Shown here in pieces: positions 36,023 to 48,739 of a DNA stretch of 64,000 bases. Both the position numbers and the translations under genes were made by a program. The stretch comes from Amoebidium appalachense (lineage: Eukaryota > Protista > Ichthyosporea): NCBI GenBank assembly GCA_963693365.1, contig CAVNZM010000003.1, forward strand, positions 13,982,914-14,046,913, written 5' to 3'. The notes under the pieces were generated by a model, which was given only the letters and a program-made list of their open reading frames with translations, was not told the DNA's origin and did not search any database. The number at the start of each line of letters is the position of its first letter. Position 1 is the stretch's first letter.

Positions 36023-37044
36023 ACAGTAGATATGCTAATTACAGATATTATTACAATAGTGCAGTAGTACACGGTTCAGCTGAAGAGGTTGGTTACATAG
36101 ACCTCGTTTGTTGAATTGGGAAAGGTTTTATGTGTCCCACGTTTGCATACGTACGTTCAGCGCAAGCATTACGCATATGCATGCACGCGTTACGATCACT
36201 TGGAGATCTCGAGAGGAGGGGGCTCCAAATAATGATAGCAAGATCTTTCTATCCAATTTATGATACGGCATGGTTTGCAACATTAGTACTAGTGAATAGT
36301 AGCTATCACCTCTCTATTTATGTTTTATGTATTTATGTTTACGAGCAGCTAATACATCTCTCTGGCAGCACTGCACCTGGTGCTGTGTGTTACTTGTACG
36401 TATTTTTACAACCACCTTCCATATTTGGAGAAGTCAAAAATCATATCCAAAAGGCGATGATTTACATCCAATGATAATACAAGCAATAACGTAACACGAA
36501 ATCAACAAACGCCAGCCACCGACTGAACTTCTGAGATGGGCCGTGAAGGCGATGATGAGCATGCTCAGGAAATGCACACGTGTTGAGGGTTAAAGATTAG
36601 AAGAAAAAAAAAACGGCATATCATTTGCTTTATTTATGTGAATTTTTTATTAATTACACATGTATTGTTGTTCTTTCTGGTGGGGTCTGTTCACATAGTA
36701 GCCTCATTATGATGTGGGAGCACGTCATATCAGTGAGTAGCCAATCAAATCAATCCACGATGTTCCCCAAAAGCCGCATAATCACGCAATCGTTGACACC
36801 AGGGTGAGCAATTATTGCTTTCGCTAGTAGTGTTTTGGTAAATGTCTACAGCCTACGTTAGGTAGCAGGGCATGGGTAACAACTACTCTGAAGAAGCATT
36901 AATTTATATTATTTCTCCTTTTGAACGAGTGGCTGACAAGGAATGGATATAACACCAATATTCGAACACACTTATCGTGCTTCTAGAGCCGCTTTTATGG
37001 CCCTAAAAGCCCCAGGCTGCAGCGTGACCACATTCCTTTCGGCA

Positions 37045-37051
37045 TATAAAA
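37045..37051 (+). promoter_or_regulatory. TATA box upstream of the small ORF
   Basis: TATAAAA ~250 bp before ATG 37296. Confidence 0.4.
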
Positions 37052-37295
37052 ACTCCATCCGTGACCAACACTGTTCATTCGACTGCAGTTTCGAACTGAG
37101 AGAACCAACTCATTACCAAAGTTATCAGCGACAACCGCGACACAAATACGCACAAAAACTTAGTGGGTTATATTACACTTCATTGTGCCTACTTGCAAAC
37201 CAACTTATACTTATACCACGCTCACACTTCACTTACAAAATTGTTCCGGATCCGGTGAGCGAGAAAAGAAGCTTTACACACCCAAACACCACAAC

Positions 37296-37553
37296 ATGGC
37301 GTCGTCGATTGCACCAGCCACCCTCTCACGCGCCCTTGCGTCGAAGCTTCCAGAGCTTTCCCAGGCGGCCATGGTAACCACGTGGTCACGCAACATTCCC
37401 GCACGTGCGCCGGCCGCTACGCCATCCGTCCTCAGCTATCCAAGCGTATATCTCGAGTCTATCTCTCTCCCCCGCTCGGCTCCCCTTCCGCCTGTTCCCG
37501 CCGGCCACAGTGTATATCTGGAGGCACATTTCGAAAGGGCTAGAATGTTGTAG
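37296..37553 (+). CDS. Small hypothetical protein (85 aa) with a repeated SVYLE motif
   Basis: CAACATGG start context; GC-rich island between AT-rich flanks; MASSIAPATLSRALASKLPELSQAAMVTTWSRNIPARAPAATPSVLSYPSVYLESISLPRSAPLPPVPAGHSVYLEAHFERARML*. Confidence 0.55.
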   Translation: MASSIAPATLSRALASKLPELSQAAMVTTWSRNIPARAPAATPSVLSYPSVYLESISLPRSAPLPPVPAGHSVYLEAHFERARML

Positions 37554-37832
37554 GCACTACCAGAATTTTAAAAAATTTGAACATGTATTTTTGGTTTTGG
37601 AGTTGCGTGCTATTTATTATATGCTGTAGTTTTGTCGGCTGTATGTATTTTGATGTATTGTGCCACACTTTGTGTGGTGCACGGGTGCACAAAAACAGAC
37701 TTAAATCTTTTCCACGTGAAACACTGGCAAAGTGACCAAATTTGTATGTATATTGGATAGTTCGATTATGTACGCACGAATGTTTTTTGAAAATAAATAC
37801 ATATATGGCCCCCATAGTTAGTCGAGGAACCG

Positions 37833-38047
37833 TGTACTTACTTCTCAAGTGTAAGCCTTGCCTGCCTGAAATAAATGTGTTGCCAGTAACGAAGTGTTGA
37901 ATAAAATATCCTCGAAGCCGCACTTCACAGTGCACAGGATGGCTATTTGCTCATATTTTACTTTATATACATCCTACATCTTTCCTACATATTTTTAAAC
38001 GTAAGTCTCCTATGAAAAATCTTTCGAATTTAATCTTGTGATGCCCC

Positions 38048-38078
<31 letters not shown>

Positions 38079-38253
38079 AAAAAAAAAAAGGGAGGGGGGG
38101 GGGGGGGGAGAGAGAGAGAAAGAGAGAAAGAGAGAAAGAGAAAGAAGAAAGAAAGGAGATTTTTCAAAGGAAAGAAAAGAAAAAAGAAAGAGAGGAAGGA
38201 AGACATAATGGGAGCAAAAAAAAAAGGGGGATTGGTATGTATGGGTCTCAGCA

Positions 38254-38286
<33 letters not shown>

Positions 38287-38526
38287 GCCCCCCCCTCCCC
38301 ACGCCCAACCCAACCCCACCCTGTACTTACTTCTCAAGTAAGTGGCCTGCCTTAAATAAATGTGTTGCCAGTAACGAAGTGTTGAATAAAATATCCTCGA
38401 AGCCGCACTTCACAGTGCACAGGATGGCTATTTGCTAATATTTTACTTTATATACATCCTACATCTTTCCTACATCTTTTTAAACGTAAGTCTCCTATGA
38501 AAAATCTTTCGAATTTAATCTTGTGA

Positions 38527-38567
<41 letters not shown>

Positions 38568-38761
38568 AAAAAAAAAAAAAAAGGGAGGGGGGGGGGGGGG
38601 GGGGGGGGGGAGAAAGAGAAAGAAAGAAAGGAGATTTTTCAAAGGAAAGAAAAGAAAAAAGAAAGAGAGGAAGGAAGATATAATGGGAGCAAAAAAAAGG
38701 GGGATTGGTATGTATGGGTCTCAGCATCCCCCCCCCCCCCCCCTCCCCCCACGCCCAACCC
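37833..38761 (+). repeat. Recent ~489 bp tandem duplication
   Basis: Near-identical units begin TGTACTTACTTCTCAAGT at 37833 and 38322. Confidence 0.9.
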
Positions 38762-39241
38762 CCCCACCACCCCCCAGGGGTCCTCCAGGTGACCACGTTT
38801 GGTATCCTCAAGACAGAAGACATGCCTTAGCATCACAATCGTATGGGCTGGGCTGCTCCTGGCTGGTGATGTGAAGCACTTTTTATTTGTAGGAGGGGGG
38901 GGGGGGGGGGGGGGGGGGGATTTCGTGTTTTCAAGCTATAGTGTCTAGAGAAAAGGGCCCTCTTCATGTGATGTATTAAAAAGTTGTAGGAAAGAATGGG
39001 AGGGGGGGGGGGGGGGGGGTCCACCCAGTGATTGCGCTTTCTATAAAAAGATCAAGGTTCTATTGGTCGGTGTGGAGATCAAAAATGCACAAGAGCACCC
39101 TAGTACATTGGTCATCATATTGCCGTGGAAATTTGGGGGAGGGGGGTTTTTATGGAAACAGCAATTGGGTCTCCGTGTGGGGGGGGAGGGGGAGGGAGGG
39201 GGGGGGGGGGGGAAGGGGGGAAGGGGGGGCAGGAGGGAGGG

Positions 39242-39272
<31 letters not shown>

Positions 39273-39500
39273 ATGGAGCTGCTCCCGGGATGATGATAAA
39301 GCTTACCGTAAGTTGCTGCATATCAGTACCCACCCAAGGACACCGATATTGGGGTAAGACGGTAATAAAAGATCTATAAAAAAAAAATCCAATTTTAATC
39401 AAATGAAATTATATGCACTTACAATGCTTGATGGTTTGAAGCAATCGATCTGGTATTGTACTTGGGGATCTTACTCCCATCCCTTCTCTTATAAGCACCC

Positions 39501-39535
<35 letters not shown>

Positions 39536-39560
39536 GATGACAGCATTGCGTCCGCAAAGT

Positions 39561-40014
39561 CACCCCTCCGCGCACTAGTGCGCGGAGGGGTGCGGAGGGG
39601 TTTTCATGAACTTGCGGAGGGCTTTGACGGTTTTGCGGAGGGGTAAAGGTTAGGTTGCGGAGGGGTTTTCTTACTTTGCGGAGGGGTGGACCCCCCACTG
39701 AAGGCTCACAATATATAGCTCACAGGCTGATATCAGTCCGGCAAGATCATACACACTGGGCATCACTTATGTCAGGCTTGAGCAACCCTCAGCTACGTCA
39801 TAGCTAGACGCACCAGCATATCATAGACCCCTCTGCAACCCAGAAGTTACCCCCTCCGCACACCCCCATCCACCCCTCCGCGAGTGTCAGAATTCATGAT
39901 CACGAAGCAGAGGGGTTTCAAGGAAGGGTGCCAAAAAAAACGACTCTGCGGAGGGGTTCAAAAATATATCAAAAGTTTAAGTCCACTGCAGAGGGGTGCT
40001 GAATTTGACCCCTA
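39561..40014. mobile_element. Palindrome plus phased TGCGGAGGGG motif array; probable MITE or DNA-transposon subterminal region
   Basis: Perfect 32-bp palindrome at 39561-39592; motif at 39591, 39613, 39634, 39656 and 39677; further copies in both orientations up to ~39996. Confidence 0.55.
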
Positions 40015-40097
40015 TTAGTACTCAGCGTGGCATCCGCATATACTCATATGTCCGCGACTGCATTTGATTGGCTCAGCTCAGGAAAGCGGTATACCCA

Positions 40098-40695
40098 TAA
40101 GGGTATTTCTTTTAGGTTTCCGGCGACGGCGGGTCGGGTCAGAGGGGTCACTCTAGCTACAATTTTTTTTTTTTTTTTTTTTCAAATGATATGATTGGCG
40201 TGCTCAGCGGCCGCATCAGCTGCGCACCATCATCGAGTCGTTTGCCGGCAGCAAGGTACACTGCCATGATACAACAATTAATAAAAGAAAAAGAAAAGAG
40301 AAAAGAACTTGAAGAAGGGGATAATAATTAATAATTATGCAGTGTTAGGAAGAAGACTTGCAGTTCCAAATTTTGATTTATCATTGCTGAGCAAGTGGCT
40401 TGACCCAGATGTGCTGCGGAATGTGGCCCAATTAAAGGGGTTTCTTTTAGACTTTCGGGCCGGGTCGGGTCAGAGGGAATTCTAGCTATATGAGTGGCGT
40501 GCTGCGCCGCCATCGTTTTGCCCGCATCAAGGTTCGGATGCGCCATAAAACAACAAAAAAGAAAAAGAAAGGAGAAAAAACAAAAAGTAAATAAGGGAAT
40601 AACAATAATAAAGCGTCACTAGATTCTGAAGATTGCAGCTCATATCATGATTTATATCAGGCTGAACAAATGGCTTGATCCGGATGTGCTGGAAA
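40098..40695 (+). repeat. Old ~300 bp tandem duplication
   Basis: GGGTCGGGTCAGAGGG..TCTAGCTA, TGGCGTGCT and TGGCTTGA.CC.GATGTGCTG each occur twice in the same order. Confidence 0.7.
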
Positions 40696-41553
40696 GGGGA
40701 CAATTATTCGGCCTAATTCAGAAGCCCCCTTTAAAGCTTGAGGGCGCAGAGAACACGGGACCAGTAGAATATGGTCACTAAATTTTATTATAGCCCTCTC
40801 CAAGTGCCTATTAAAACTACATGTGCTATTTATGGTTACAGACATGCTATGGTGGTGATATTTTGAGCTGGAACATAAATTAGTCACTTCTACTGGCTAC
40901 GGTGTCACAAAGTTAACTTGCGCGTGAATAAGACTTTAACAGTTCTGGGTGACTAGAGTTACTGTGGAAGCAGTTGAGTTTGGCAGGCAAAATGAGCACA
41001 AAACCATAAATTCCTCGATTGAATTTTATCAAATCTCACTCCGACACCACTATGACACTGTATCAAACACCGGGTGGTAATCTGTAGCATATGTAGGAAG
41101 CAAGGGGTGCCACATTGTCAAGAAATTAAGGGTTAAACCACGTGGATTTTCAGAATAGCATATACAAACAACTCTGAATTGATCATGTAAACTTTGATGC
41201 AAACATATTAAATCAACCGGAAGGCCAATGGATAGATCGACATAATTCTCGTTGGCAAGGGAGACCGAAATCATGGTGCAAAGGCGTGTCAAGATCCGGG
41301 TCAGTTCGAGTCGGGTCAAAACTCGGGTTCGGTTATACAACAGGCAGGGAAATCACATGGGAATTTCTCAGGCCCAGCCAGCAATGCACGGTCTCCGAGC
41401 CACAACTTGCTGCGCAATTCTGAATAAATATTCCAGCGGATAGAAAAAGCTAGAAAACACTCGAGATGAACGGAAAGTTAAACAGCGTCCTGATTCGATA
41501 CTGAAGCTCGGGGTGACGGGCCGGGTCGTTTCCAATCGAATCGGGTCGGGCCG

Positions 41554-42027
41554 TCAGTTCTTCTGTGGCTCGGCCTTTGCACCGAAGATGAGGGCGAGGG
41601 CGGCATGAAGGTCCTTGTCGATGGGTGCCTTCTTGATGATCTCCTTGGGCACCTCCTGACGGCACATGGGGCAGATTCTGTAAAATGTAAAAGGGGTTTA
41701 TTAGTTCGTTTGAATTTATGGGGAGAGGAGGGCCACCGGGGAGGGGCGGGGGATGGCGGGATGAGTGGGTGGGTGGGGGGAGGGGGGGGGAAGGGGGGGG
41801 GGGGGGGGGGGGGAGCAGTGACGGGTGTGCCGCAGGGGGGAGGGGAGGACAGATGAAGAGAAAGACTTGGTGTGTGTGTGCATGTGTGTGTGTGTGTGGA
41901 AGGTGACGAAAAGGTCGTCCACTGGTTGAAAGGAAAGAAAGAACATGATAAAGATGGGCTTTATACTTATTGTGTGTGTGTGTGTGTGTGTGGTGGTGGT
42001 GGTGGTGGTGGTGGTGGTGGTGGTGGT

Positions 42028-42067
<40 letters not shown>

Positions 42068-42686
42068 AAACATACGTAGCGGACTTCATGCCGCGCTGGA
42101 AGCAGTCACGGCACATGTTGTGGCTGCAGGGCAGGGTCATTGCTGCCCGGCACAAGTCCATGCAAATCGTGCACTGGAACTTGTCTTCGATCTTCTGCAG
42201 CGTCTGTTGGCATAAAAACATAAATGGTTAGCGGAATTGCGGTGGAAATTCTATAGGCAACGGAAAAATACGGTGTAAGTGGATTCGGTGGATGGTTTGA
42301 TGGTATAAAGAAAGAAGAGGTATATGCTCTGTGAAGAAGTTTTCGTTGTATAAAAAAGACACAAGAAATAAAGTGAATTTCCTGCTTTTTTTTTGTGTTT
42401 TATAATTGTAGATTTCCATGGTATAAAGGCATTTGTCACTAGTGTGTACAGCCAAGCCTTTTGATGGTACAAAGACGTACATTATAAGTGCATCCCGGTG
42501 AAATCTTTCACAGATAAAGACGTCTAGAGATAAGGGTGGTTGCAGTGAAAAATTCATGGTGCATCCTCGCTGTGAATCTGCCGGGATGGCATTTTTGACC
42601 ATATTTAGGCATCGGTTGGTGGATCAAGTGATGACTGCCCTTCTCCCCCCTCCCCACCTTCGTCATCCCCTCCCAACACGCACACG

Positions 42687-42736
<50 letters not shown>

Positions 42737-43391
42737 CACACACACACACAAACAAAAAGAAAAAGAAAGAAAGAAAATAAATCCAGGTTGTATATCCTTC
42801 TGATTTCATCACCTTTTCGCTCTTCCGAATTTCCCATGTTCATTGCTCTTCAAAGCAAATCCTCAAACAAAAACTTTTAATAAACCTGAGTGTTCCCCAT
42901 TTATGTGCATGTGCATGTAGGTGTTTTTTCTTCCCGCATACAGCCAGTTCATTAGCATCTTCTCAATCTAAAAAAGAAAAAGGGCTGGTGGGGAATCAAG
43001 AGATGGGAGTGGTTCTGTTGGGTGAGGGGGACGGGGGGTCTTCGTGGTCTTCCTTTTTTTCCTTCTTCTCTTTCTCTCTCTCCCCCCCCCCCCCCCCCCC
43101 ACCTCTCTCTCTCTCTCTCCCCCCCCCCCCCTCTCTTTCCCCTCCATTCCTTTTTTCTTTTCTCCCCCTTTTTTTTATTGGACGAGAGGGGGGGGGGGGG
43201 TTCTTACATCGCGATCATGCTCAAGGGGGACTTGATCGCTGCGGCCCGACAGAACATCATCCCACTTATCCCTGTTTAGTTGTTATTTTGGTAGTTAGTT
43301 TTTATTTTATTAGTGGTGTGTGTTTGTGTGTATGAATGTGTGTGAGGTTGGGAGGGAAGGAAGGGGGGGGCATGAAGTGACCAGTGGCCCA

Positions 43392-43425
<34 letters not shown>

Positions 43426-43569
43426 CACACACCCACCACCACCACCACCACCACAACACACAATTTTTGGTGGACTCGCAGAACAGATGGGGGATTAACT
43501 GAAGCCTCAAGGGGTAGAAAGGTAGGTGGTGGTGTGGTAACGCGGAAGTGTCAGTGTCTGTAGCGCCGG

Positions 43570-43624
<55 letters not shown>

Positions 43625-43685
43625 CGTCTCCCCCTACATACCCCCCTCCGCCCCCTCTCCCCACCCTCTCTCTCCGATTTCCTTG

Positions 43686-43734
<49 letters not shown>

Positions 43735-44023
43735 ACAAACGCCCTGGATTTGTATGTTATACGTGTGGTTTGATCTGGGGAATTGTTGGGGGGAGAGGGG
43801 TAAGAATGCTTTATACAGTACGAAGCACACATTCGTAACGGACACCATAATGCAGAGTGCCAACCACACAAAGAGTATGCATACTCAGCAAAGCCCATCC
43901 TCGGGGGAGGGGGGAGGGGGGGGGTGTAACTACTTGTTTGCTTTGTCCTTTGCGATGGCAGCGAGCATTTCTTTGCTTCGAGTCTCATCGAGTTTGAGCT
44001 TCTTGGTGCCTGTGCTGGCAGCC

Positions 44024-44054
<31 letters not shown>

Positions 44055-44247
44055 GGGGCGGGGTTGAGGACAAAGGGGTCAATATGGCACGCGGCAAAAG
44101 GAAACGATAAAGAACAGTCTCACAGATACATGAGCCATTTGCTCTTTCTCGACCACCCGATTTCTTGCGTAACCCTTTACATAATGGTGGGGAATATCTT
44201 CTACTCACATCCCCTAAGGCGGTGGTGGTGTGTGTGTGTGTGTGCGT

Positions 44248-44326
<79 letters not shown>

Positions 44327-44471
44327 GGTCAAGTGTGTGAAGGAGGGAAAGATTTCGGGGGGGGAGAAGCAAAAACATATTCGTCTGCAGCCAAATCGCC
44401 CAAGTTCTTCAGCTGTGTGTGTGAGTCTGTGTGCATCTCCCTTTCACTCTCTCTCACTCTCACTCTCTCAC

Positions 44472-44553
<82 letters not shown>

Positions 44554-45202
44554 TGTGAACGAGTGAGTGAACGAGTGTGTGTGCTTGTGCATGCATCGTA
44601 CATAATATATCAATCAGTGTAAACCACACATACACATTACCTCCGCAACCAAATCGCCAAAGTGTTTAGGCCACGCCACCAGATTCTCCTTTCCCTTCTT
44701 CGTCCAAGGTGCAGGCTCAGGGTCATCTCTCTTCAGTTTGTAGCGGTAAACAATAAACCCGCTGTTGCCCTTTTGAGGCCCCCACTCTACCACCTTGTAA
44801 AGACCATCATAGCGGAAGCTGGAAGGAGGAGGGAGGGAGGGGAAGGGGGGGGGGGGGGGGGGAGATGGGGGGGAAGGGGAGGAGGAGGAGGAGGAAGGGG
44901 GTGGGGAGGGGGGGGGGGGGGAAGGGGAGGGGGAGAGGGGAGAGGGGAGAGAGGGGGGGGGGGGGGGGGGGGGGTTAGAATGTGTTACAGAGTACGAAGC
45001 AGATGGCATTTACGAAGCACCACGCAATGCGTATTATGCTTTGCACACAAAGGAGAGGAGGGGGGGGGGGGGGGGGGGGGGGGATGGGGGAGGGAGGACG
45101 GTGTTGTGCTGATGTCAAATGTGGGTGTGTAGCGCAAGGTTGGAATAGATGCATCTGGATGTGGAGGTGATTGAGTGTGAAGGAGGTGATTGAGTGTGAA
45201 GG

Positions 45203-45266
<64 letters not shown>

Positions 45267-46567
45267 AGGGAGGGAAGGGGGGGGAGGGGATGTTGATTGG
45301 GTTGTGGTTGCTCACGAGGGTATAAAAGCACAAAACGCAAACAGGCCGTGAGGGAGGGGGGACCTTCAATATGATGTGTTCTATATGGCAATGCCTTTCA
45401 ATGCGGAACTTTAAATAACTGGGAAAAATGCAACGCATGATCGTTAACGGTCTCAACACTAAATCATAAAATAAGATTTTAACATTAGAACGTACCACTG
45501 CTTCCACTCGGCACAGTTCGGATGGTCGTTGATGCTGGGCGCATAGTCGCCATGGTTTGTCTTGGCCAGTTTGGAGCAACGGATCACTCTGATTGGCTGG
45601 CCCTTCTTCCAATCCTTTTTGTTGTGGCAGTTGGCCAAAGCAAGATTGCTGCGTGATTTTATAAATTAAATATTAGTTTGGTTTAAATTGCATAGGTGAT
45701 TGGGGAGAAATGCTTGAGAATGAGGCTCTCCCAGTGGAAAGGTGGGGGAAACAAAGCAGAGTGAGTGTGTGGGTGCGGTTGATGGTGAAGATTGCTGCGT
45801 GATTTTATAAATTAAACATTAGTTTAGTTTAAATTGCACAGGTCATTGGGGAGAAATGGATGAGAATGAGGCTCTCCCAGTGGAAAGGTAGGGGAAACAA
45901 AGCAGTGTGAGTGTGTGGGTGCGGTTGATGGTGCTGATGCTGGTGTGCATGTGAGTGAGTAAGTGGTTGGGTGAGTGAGTGAGTGTGTGAGTGAGTGAGG
46001 GAGTGAGTGAGTGAGTGTGTGAGTGTGTGTGTGTGTGAGTGTGTGTGGGTATTTTTTTGGGGGGGAAAGGGGCATACGTGGATTTGAGCTCCTGGTCTTT
46101 GCTCTGTTCGGCAGACCTCTTGTTACCGGACAGATCACGTCCTCCGGCCCCTGTAATTGAGAAAAATGTTAAATTTCGAAACCAGAATCCGGTAAAAGCA
46201 CCAAAAAAAACATGCATCGCTAAGGCCCAAAGTATCACACCATACTTCAAGAGGTCTTTCATAGGCAGGCTCCAATCGAATACGGGCTGAAATCGATCTA
46301 ACATGATGTTCTAGCGATTGTTCGGTTGAATAATGAGGAGAAAGGAAGAAAAGATAGCAACCCTGCCAAGCATATGTGTTGTCTTCTGGCAAAATACTGT
46401 TTTATAAACAGTAAATAATGGCACTCTAAAATTCCATTGCCATACATGCAAAAAGCAAAAAAGGTGTGCCCACACAACAGAGACAAGCACACACGCACAG
46501 AGGCACACAACCACACCCACACACCCACACACACTGCACACACACACATTCAAATACAAATCCACCA

Positions 46568-46643
<76 letters not shown>

Positions 46644-47011
46644 ACCCGTGTACCAGAACCAATCACCCTCGTCTTGATCATCGTCGTAACCACCTGCACA
46701 TGTTTTCCATGTAAGTCGACTTGTAGGAAATTACACCACATCGAACACTATCTCTCTATATTAGGAATGTACACCACCATGGTTACCTGTCAACTAAGAA
46801 AACACACAGCCTTTCTTTATGTATACACAACACATATCTACGTATTACCCCATTTCTAAAATTATTGAAAAATTCCACCACCACTCTACGTGTTCACACT
46901 AAATATGCAAGTATTCATCCCGCCGTAGAAGCATTTACCACACCCTGTCAATTACTTTGCCCCACCTCCATATAATCAGTGGGAATATGTGTGGAACGGG
47001 GCGGGGGGGAA

Positions 47012-47046
<35 letters not shown>

Positions 47047-47143
47047 GGGAGGAGGAGGGGGCCAACCTGATAGGACAATGGAGAGGCATCCGGTTTTGGG
47101 AGTGCCGTACATGCCGGCCACCTGTGTGTGTGTGTGTGTGCGG

Positions 47144-47186
<43 letters not shown>

Positions 47187-47696
47187 CGGGCGGACATGCA
47201 CATGCACATGCACGTGGGTGTGTGTGTGTGTGTGTATCACAGTAGACGTAGATGAGACGGTCAGAAGGACAAAAAAAAAGAATGGGGAGATACCACCAAA
47301 GCCTACAGGAAAACAAAGTATGCCATCTTGCAGTCTGGAAAGAAGTATAATATTTCACTAGAACATAACTTATTCTATTATATTATATATCACTAGAACA
47401 TAACTTATTATAATATAACACTAGAACATAACTTATTATATTACAACTAGAGCACCCTGTCCCACTTTCTCACTCTATGCACTATAACAATAGTCGTGTT
47501 CTGTGTTGTTGCACGGCGCCAAGAGAGAGAGAGAGGAAAGGGGGGGGGGGGGGGGGGGGGGAGGGGGGGTAAGCTGACATCTTGGAAAAAACACAAAGAT
47601 AGGATAGCACAAAGACCAAATCAACACAACACTACAATAGTCCATACGTTGGCACTTGAACAGAGCCTATAATTGAGGGGGCAGGAGGAAGGAGGA

Positions 47697-47731
<35 letters not shown>

Positions 47732-47902
47732 AGGGAGGATAGAGGGGAGGAGAGGCATGGGGAGGGGATGGCGGGAGAGGGGAGGGGAGGGGGAGGGCGA
47801 GCAGGGGGGGAGGGGGGGGGGGGGGGGGGGGGGAGAGAGAGATGGGGAGGGGGGAAGTATAACGTACGATGGGGAAGGGGGAGCAGGGGGGAGGGGAGAT
47901 TT

Positions 47903-47933
<31 letters not shown>

Positions 47934-48479
47934 AACGTACGATTGGAGGGTGGACGCCATCCTCCGAGCAGTTAACACGGTAGGGCCAGAGCTGGCCCAC
48001 ACGTATGCCCGGCACAGGGCCAACGTGGTGATCACCAATCAGAGTGTTCGTTGTGCTCTTGCCTACACACGCCATGCCCCCTGTACGTGTGTGTGCGTGT
48101 GTACGTATGTGGGTGGGTGTGTGTTTGGGGAAAGGGTTAGGGGAGGGGGAGGAGGGAGGGGGTGGGCGTGTGGGGGGGAAGGGGGGGAAAGGGAGGGGGG
48201 GGGGGGGGGGGGGGGGGGGAGGGGGGTTAATGTGTTGATGGGTGTGTGTGCGTGGTTGGGTGGGCCTCCTGCTTGTAGTTACTCGGGGAGGGGGGAGGGG
48301 GGGGGGGGGGGGGGGGGGGGAGGGGGGGGGGAGGGGGGGAGGGGTTACAGTGTAAAGTGTTAGTGGTATGGCGAATCAACCACTGCTGAGAAAGAAACTA
48401 AAGCTGGTACTAACGGACATTCTTGCACTGTGGAACAATCTAGAAGGAAAATGATACAGCAACAAAGGGTGATGTTGTG

Positions 48480-48564
<85 letters not shown>

Positions 48565-48707
48565 TAGGTTTGAATGCGTCATAAAGTACGAAGTACACAA
48601 GAACAAACGGATAACACGATGCAGAATGCGAACCATACATAAAGAGTATGCATAATAAGCAGAGCCCATCCTCAGGGGGATCGTGGATGTGTGTGTGTGT
48701 GGGGGAA

Positions 48708-48739
<32 letters not shown>

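Noticed and set aside
39591-39690. CRISPR-like repeat/spacer appearance
   Set aside because: The repeat (10 bp) and spacers (11-12 bp) are far too short, the context is eukaryotic and there are no cas genes
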